A stretch of DNA of 64,000 nucleotides, taken from assembly GCA_964188305.1 (NCBI GenBank), contig OZ076889.1; one strand, given 5' to 3'. This stretch comes from Podarcis bocagei. Lineage: Eukaryota. Positions 58,865 through 64,000 of the stretch are shown in pieces; within the stretch, counting starts at the first letter, position 1; every line of letters begins with the position of its first letter. The position numbers and the translations under genes are program-made. The notes below the pieces were generated by a model, which was not told the origin of the DNA, did not search any database, and saw only the letters and a list, made by a program, of their open reading frames with translations.

Positions 58865-61448
58865 ATTTCATGTACTCTCCCTGTGGGGATTAGTCTGTTG
58901 GTTGGGGTAGTGCTGTGTGGCTGAAGGGGGTGGGGTGGGGGAGCTGGCATGTGCTCCAGAGAAGCCCAGCCGCCTCTCAAACAACGGCCCCATTGGATTT
59001 ATTTTCACTTGCTCTCCTACAATGATCTTGATGATCAGTCGGCTCCCTGAGCTGGCAGCTCTGCACAGCATTCCTGCCTCATCTGCTGCTTTCAATTACT
59101 GCTCCCTGCCAGTCGCAAGGCCTCTTGGCCCTCCTGAACAGCAGCAACGCAGGGACAGGCACAAAGGCAGCTCCAAAGCTGCTCCTGAGCTGAAGAGCCA
59201 TTTGCCTGCCAAACACTTCTGCTTCTGCCTTGGCTCAGGTGGCATAATTAGCATTGCACCACCTGTTTATGAATAGAAACCATGTGTCCTTAACACAGCA
59301 GTGTGAGAGGCTGAAAGTCAACAGGTGAAGCCCCTTTCTGAACACTGCTGGAGAAGTTCCACTTGTTGGTTTTCTGTCTCGCAGGTAACTGTGAGGGGCA
59401 TGGAATTTCTGCCTATAGAGATGGCCACCCTAATCATGGCACCTGGGTCAAAGCTTGAGGTGCCTGTGTCCACTGAAAAAAGGTGATGAACAGCAACCCA
59501 AGGCAAGAAGTCATTAACGCCCTTGTCACTACCAGGGTTGGGATCCTGTCATGTCTCTGTGGGGCTGCCCGTGGATGTGGCCTAGAAACTTCAGCTTCAC
59601 TGAACAGATATATGGAAGAGGACCCTTCTCAGTAGTGGCAGCTAGATGCCAGAGTAGCCTCTGTGGGGAAATATGCCTGAGTCTGTATCACCTCATGGTA
59701 GGCAGTAAAGATGTTTGCAGGAAAAGCACTAATACCTCATTCTGGTGGCTTATATTGGTGCCGCTAGTATTTCATATTGGAATTTGTTTGACTACATTGT
59801 GGTTGGTTTCTGTTGTTTTTATGAGATGCCTTAAGTGGCTGCCTCATGGGACCAGGGTTATGTGTTTCAGCATCATTTGACCCTCCCCTTGCCTCCATGG
59901 CTCTTAAGACATTGCAGTTATTTATTAATTTCCAACCCAACCTATATGAAATGATCTTAGGGAGAGTTACAATCCATAAAATAACAACATACAACCTTAC
60001 CATCACAAACATTCATACTGAATATTTATGATGGTGATTAGATTATAAATTTAAATCCCAATCCTCAGCAGTAAGAATCAACATAAGCAGAACAAATACA
60101 ATGGAAGTCAATGCCACCCAAATGGTTAAGTCAATAGCATGGTATTACCTTGGTGCTGGAATAATGTCAATGGCAGTGCCAGCTGGGCTTCAGAAAGAAT
60201 GTGTGTGGTTCTCTCATTTTACCCTGTGAGAGGTAGATTAGGGCTCTTTGTCCACTAGTGCAAGGGTTAGTGAACAAGTGAGTTTTTATGTGGCACAACA
60301 GAGGAATCCAACACAACACTAGCACTAGCAGAAACTCATTGTGCAATGATAGTGCAATCTATTGCGCAATGAAGCTGCCAGCAAACTGCTTATGCATTCT
60401 CTTGCACAAGAACGTTCCACTGGTGCAAATAAGTATACTAGTCAATGACTAACTTTTGGATATACCGGTAACCCTTAGCCTACAAGGAAACAAGTTGCAC
60501 AAAAACCACTCAGTGACCTTCACAGCCATGCAGGAATTTGAACCCAAGTCTTCCCCCCTCTTTCAAAAGCCCAGCATTCTAGCTGCTATACTACGATCCG
60601 AAGCAAGCTTTTATTTTTCAGTTGCTCCCCACATTATTCCATTGGCCACTTTCAAGGTCTGTGGCTGCAAGCCTAGGCATGCCTACTAGGAAGTCTGTCC
60701 CATTGAACTCTGTGGGACTTAACGTCTGAGTCAACATGCATAGGAGTGAACTGTCAGAGTCTCTCCTGTCCGCTCATACATCTGGGTACAGCCTTCCCTT
60801 AGGCCAAATACCAGCCAAGGGACTGGTCAATGGAAAGAATGTGAGCCAAAAATGTGATAATATTTTCCCTTTCAACATCCCCCTACCAGTAGGGAGGGAC
60901 TTTCTATTTTATTCTCATTTCTCAGCCCACAAGCTCACTGGGGAGGGACTTTGGGCAGATGGCTCGCATGTTTCAAGTTTGCCTCTTCACAGTTAGACAT
61001 CAAACCAGCCTATGATTCATCTGATAAGTCGGGGCCCCTTTTGGAAGTTCATAGCTGAGCTGCCGAACAAGACCAGAATCTTAGGTTTAATTTTAAACAA
61101 AGCACAAATATCCTTGGTTTGAGAATGCGTTCCTCTCCCTCGCTTGAAATTTTGGCTGTATTCAACCAAGGAATTTCAACAAGTGCAACCTATTCATGTT
61201 ATCGCGCTGTAGGGTGACAATAGTGGCAACCTGTCAAAATTCTCTCTTCTATACAGATATAGGAGCTCTGGCCTTCCCTACAAGTCATCATCATTTTGTG
61301 TGTGTAATTCACTGGACTTTGCTGTCATCTCAGGGCCAGCCTGGATACAAAGGGAGAGTGAGGCAGATGCCTTGGCTTGAGGAGGAGTGGCAGCAGTTCC
61401 CCCTTCATATTATGCATAGGAACAAAGCAACATATGGTACCTTTTAAC

Positions 61449-61583
61449 CAGGCTTCCTCAGCTCGGCCCTCCGGATGTTTTTGGCCTACAACTCCCATGA
61501 TCCCTAGCTAGCAGGACCAGTGGTCAGGGATGATGGGAATTGTAATCCCAAAACATCTGGAGGGCCGAGGTTGACGAAGCCTG
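61449..61583. mobile_element. 135-bp hairpin hAT MITE, complete
   Basis: Nearly fully self-complementary (caggcttc..ctcggccctcc / ggagggccgag..gaagcctg); perfect 8-bp TSD CTTTTAAC. Confidence 0.92.
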
Positions 61584-61635
61584 CTTTTAACCATCCATGG
61601 GTCCTTTACCTTTACCTTTTACCTACCAAGTCACG

Positions 61636-61795
61636 ACCATTGGTCCATCTAGCTCAGTATTGACCACACTGACTGGCAGCAACCCTCCAGGATTTGAGGC
61701 CGAGATATTTTCTGGCCCTAGCTGGAGATGCTGGGAATTGAACCTGGGACCTTCTGTACACAAAGCAGATGCCCTGCCACTGAGCTGTGGTTCTT
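61636..61795 (-). mobile_element. tRNA(Ala)-like-headed SINE
   Basis: Minus strand agctcagtggcagggcatctgctttg..gaaggtcccaggttcaattccc (A and B boxes)...gagctagatggaccaatgg. Confidence 0.75.
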
Positions 61796-61959
61796 CCACT
61801 GAACACACGCAGCCGCTCACCTCTACTGGAGGGCAGAGTTGCATATATCACCCAGACAGAGCTTTGAACACTCTCTGAACTAGCCTGCTGCCCTTAGGTA
61901 GGGTGGGGGAAGCTGTCCCATTACCGGAGTTGAAGTAGCTATGAGAGATGCATCTTGTC

Positions 61960-62633
61960 CAGTGCTGGATTTACGTATAAAAGGATGCGGGTGGCGCTGT
62001 GGTCTAAACCACTGAGCCTAGGGCTTGCCGATCAGAAGGTCGGTGGTTCGAATCCCCACGACAGGGTGAGCTGCCATGGTTCGGTCCCAGCTCCTGCCAA
62101 CTTAGCAGTTCGAAAGCACGTCAAAGGGCAAGTAGATAAATAGGTACCGCTCCGGCGGGAAGGTAAACGGCGTTTCCGTGCGCTGCTCTGGTTCGCCAGA
62201 AGCGGCTTAGTCATGCTGGCCACATGACCCGGAAGCTGTACGCCAGCTCCCTCGGCCAATAAAGCGAGATGAGTGTCGCAACCCCAGAGTCCTCCGTGAC
62301 TGGACCTAACGGTCAGGGGTCCCTTTACCCTTTACCTTTAAACATGCTATAGCTTAGGGCCCCACTCTCTTGCCCCCCCCCAATTTCACTATTCATATAC
62401 TTCTTCTTAATTGTACTTCAGTTCAACAATTACTTTGATAAAATACATATTTTGTTATGAGCCTATTAGGCTCATATTTTGTTATGAGCCTATTAGGCTC
62501 ATAAATTACCATATAGCATATATTCAACACAAAATACAGCGACAATTTGTTGTTGACCAAGGACAGCTGGACATATAAAGGGCCCCATTACCTTCAGTAG
62601 CTTAGGGCCTCATCAAACCTAAATCCAGCCCTG
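61960..62633. mobile_element. hAT-type non-autonomous element hosting a Sauria SINE
   Basis: TIRs CAGTGCTGGATTTA / TAAATCCAGCCCTG (13/14); TSD ATCTTGTC / ATTTTGTC (7/8). Confidence 0.85.
61983..62340 (+). mobile_element. Full-length Sauria SINE
   Basis: tRNA head gggtggcgctgtgg...ggttcgaatccc, characteristic body gcagttcgaaagca...agtagataaataggtaccgct, ACCTTT-type tail; CpG-rich, so probably young. Confidence 0.93.
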
Positions 62634-63829
62634 ATTTTGTCCTTTGCCTTTGGCAGCAAAGTGTCTTGGCTAGCCATCTCTTCTTCTGCTACAATTCACA
62701 GGCTGGGTTTGGACAGTCATCTGAACCAGTGTGGAGGAACCTCAGATCTGTAGGTCAAATATAGCCCCCCAGGCCTCTCAGGAGTCTTCCCAAGGCCACA
62801 TCTTTCTCTAGTTCTGTCCCACATCCTCCTAGAATACTTTTGCCTGGCTGAAATGTGTCCTTAAACTGTGATGGTGCTTCTTGCCTGCCTGGATTGAGGA
62901 TGGAGATGTATGTACATATAAATCTCTTACTTTGGCATGGCTGCAGTGTAAACCATGCTATGCTACCACCCTGGCATTCAAGGCGCCAGCTTTACAGTGG
63001 TGCAGGTGGTTCCCCTACACTGGGCATCAAACCAAAGGGGTGCAAGATACTACTACTACCTCCTATATTTATACAGGTACCTACTGAGAAGATCTATAAA
63101 AAGCAACTTTACCCAAAGGAATTATGAAATTAAGAAATATTTAGCCCCCTCCCCAACTTTGTCCTCGCTCAGGGCACCAAGTTACCAAACTCTGCCCCTG
63201 CTATCTCTCATCCTTTTAGTGGATTGTGGATCCCAGTGGGCTGAAGAACACAGAAGAATCACTAGGGTTTAGCTATGGAACAGGAGCAAACCTTTTGTCT
63301 AGGGTCTTTGTAACCCAATCCTCAAACTGAAATCCTCTGTCTGCTGAAAAAGCAGCACTGTCTGATACCTCAAGACAGACTGTTTTATAAGGTATAAAAA
63401 AACCACTGGAAGGACAATATAAATTTTAAAAGCCAGCTCAAACACCACAGTCCATGCAGGAAGAACGCTCAACTCAACGTTCCCAAGCAGTTCTGCTAAA
63501 CTCAGTGGGACTACTTCACAGATGTGAAATTTGTACCTTTGGTGCATTGTGATAAATCTGCTTAGAAAATTTAGTAACAAAGGTATAACTTTGCAGTTCA
63601 GAATTGAATATGAAAATATTGGGTTGTACGACAGCATATGTTAAATTGTACATGAGGTCCAATGGAAGGTTATCTATAGGTTTCCTATTAAGACCGTGTT
63701 CTTTCTTGTTATTTAGGATCAATATCTGCTCTCTATAAAACCATGTAAAATTGAGACTGACTGCAGCTCCAGTGTTTCAAGGGAGGAGCTTTTCCTGCAT
63801 GGCAGCCCCTTTAACTACTGTTTTTAAAA

Positions 63830-63908
63830 GTAAAACAAAATCCTTCCAGTAGCACCTTAGAGACCAAGTTTGTTATTAGTATGAGCTTTTGTGCGCATGC
63901 ACACTTCT
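63830..63908. mobile_element. Penelope-like terminal-repeat remnant
   Basis: ccagtagcaccttagagaccaagtttgtt...atgagcttttgtgcgcatgcacacttctt; homologous to 115-239. Confidence 0.6.
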
Positions 63909-64000
63909 TTTTAAAACCTTTTTAAAAGGTTACAGTGCGGCTCGGTCTGGCTAAACCAGCAAGGGATCAGGAAGTGAGGTATGTGAATTTCCTTAAGGAC

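Overview
Vertebrate genomic DNA, most likely a lacertid lizard (inferred from a full-length Sauria SINE, BovB fragments and other squamate-type repeats), with two assembly gaps. The + strand carries 27 coding exons of PPFIA4 (liprin-alpha-4, 1093-47595; the N-terminal exons lie upstream of the window). I spliced these by hand into one open frame of 1121 aa: coiled coil, three SAM domains and a C-terminal VRTYSC PDZ-binding motif. The - strand carries the complete 3-exon myogenin gene (MYOG, 58685-53938, 227 aa) with its conserved TATA/E-box/MEF2/MEF3/Pbx promoter, convergent with PPFIA4. Introns hold many small transposons: hAT and Tc1/mariner MITEs with TIRs and TSDs, several nested insertions, tRNA-derived SINEs, BovB and L2 LINE fragments, and Penelope-like remnants. 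I see no new protein-coding system. The best leads are regulatory and are all inferred from sequence alone: two candidate internal first exons of PPFIA4 ending in ATG|GT in frame, next to MEF2 or E-box clusters; recursive-splice-type exons; an in-frame candidate cassette exon; SINEs sharing one body but with different tRNA heads; and a MITE carrying an NRF1/ETS motif array.
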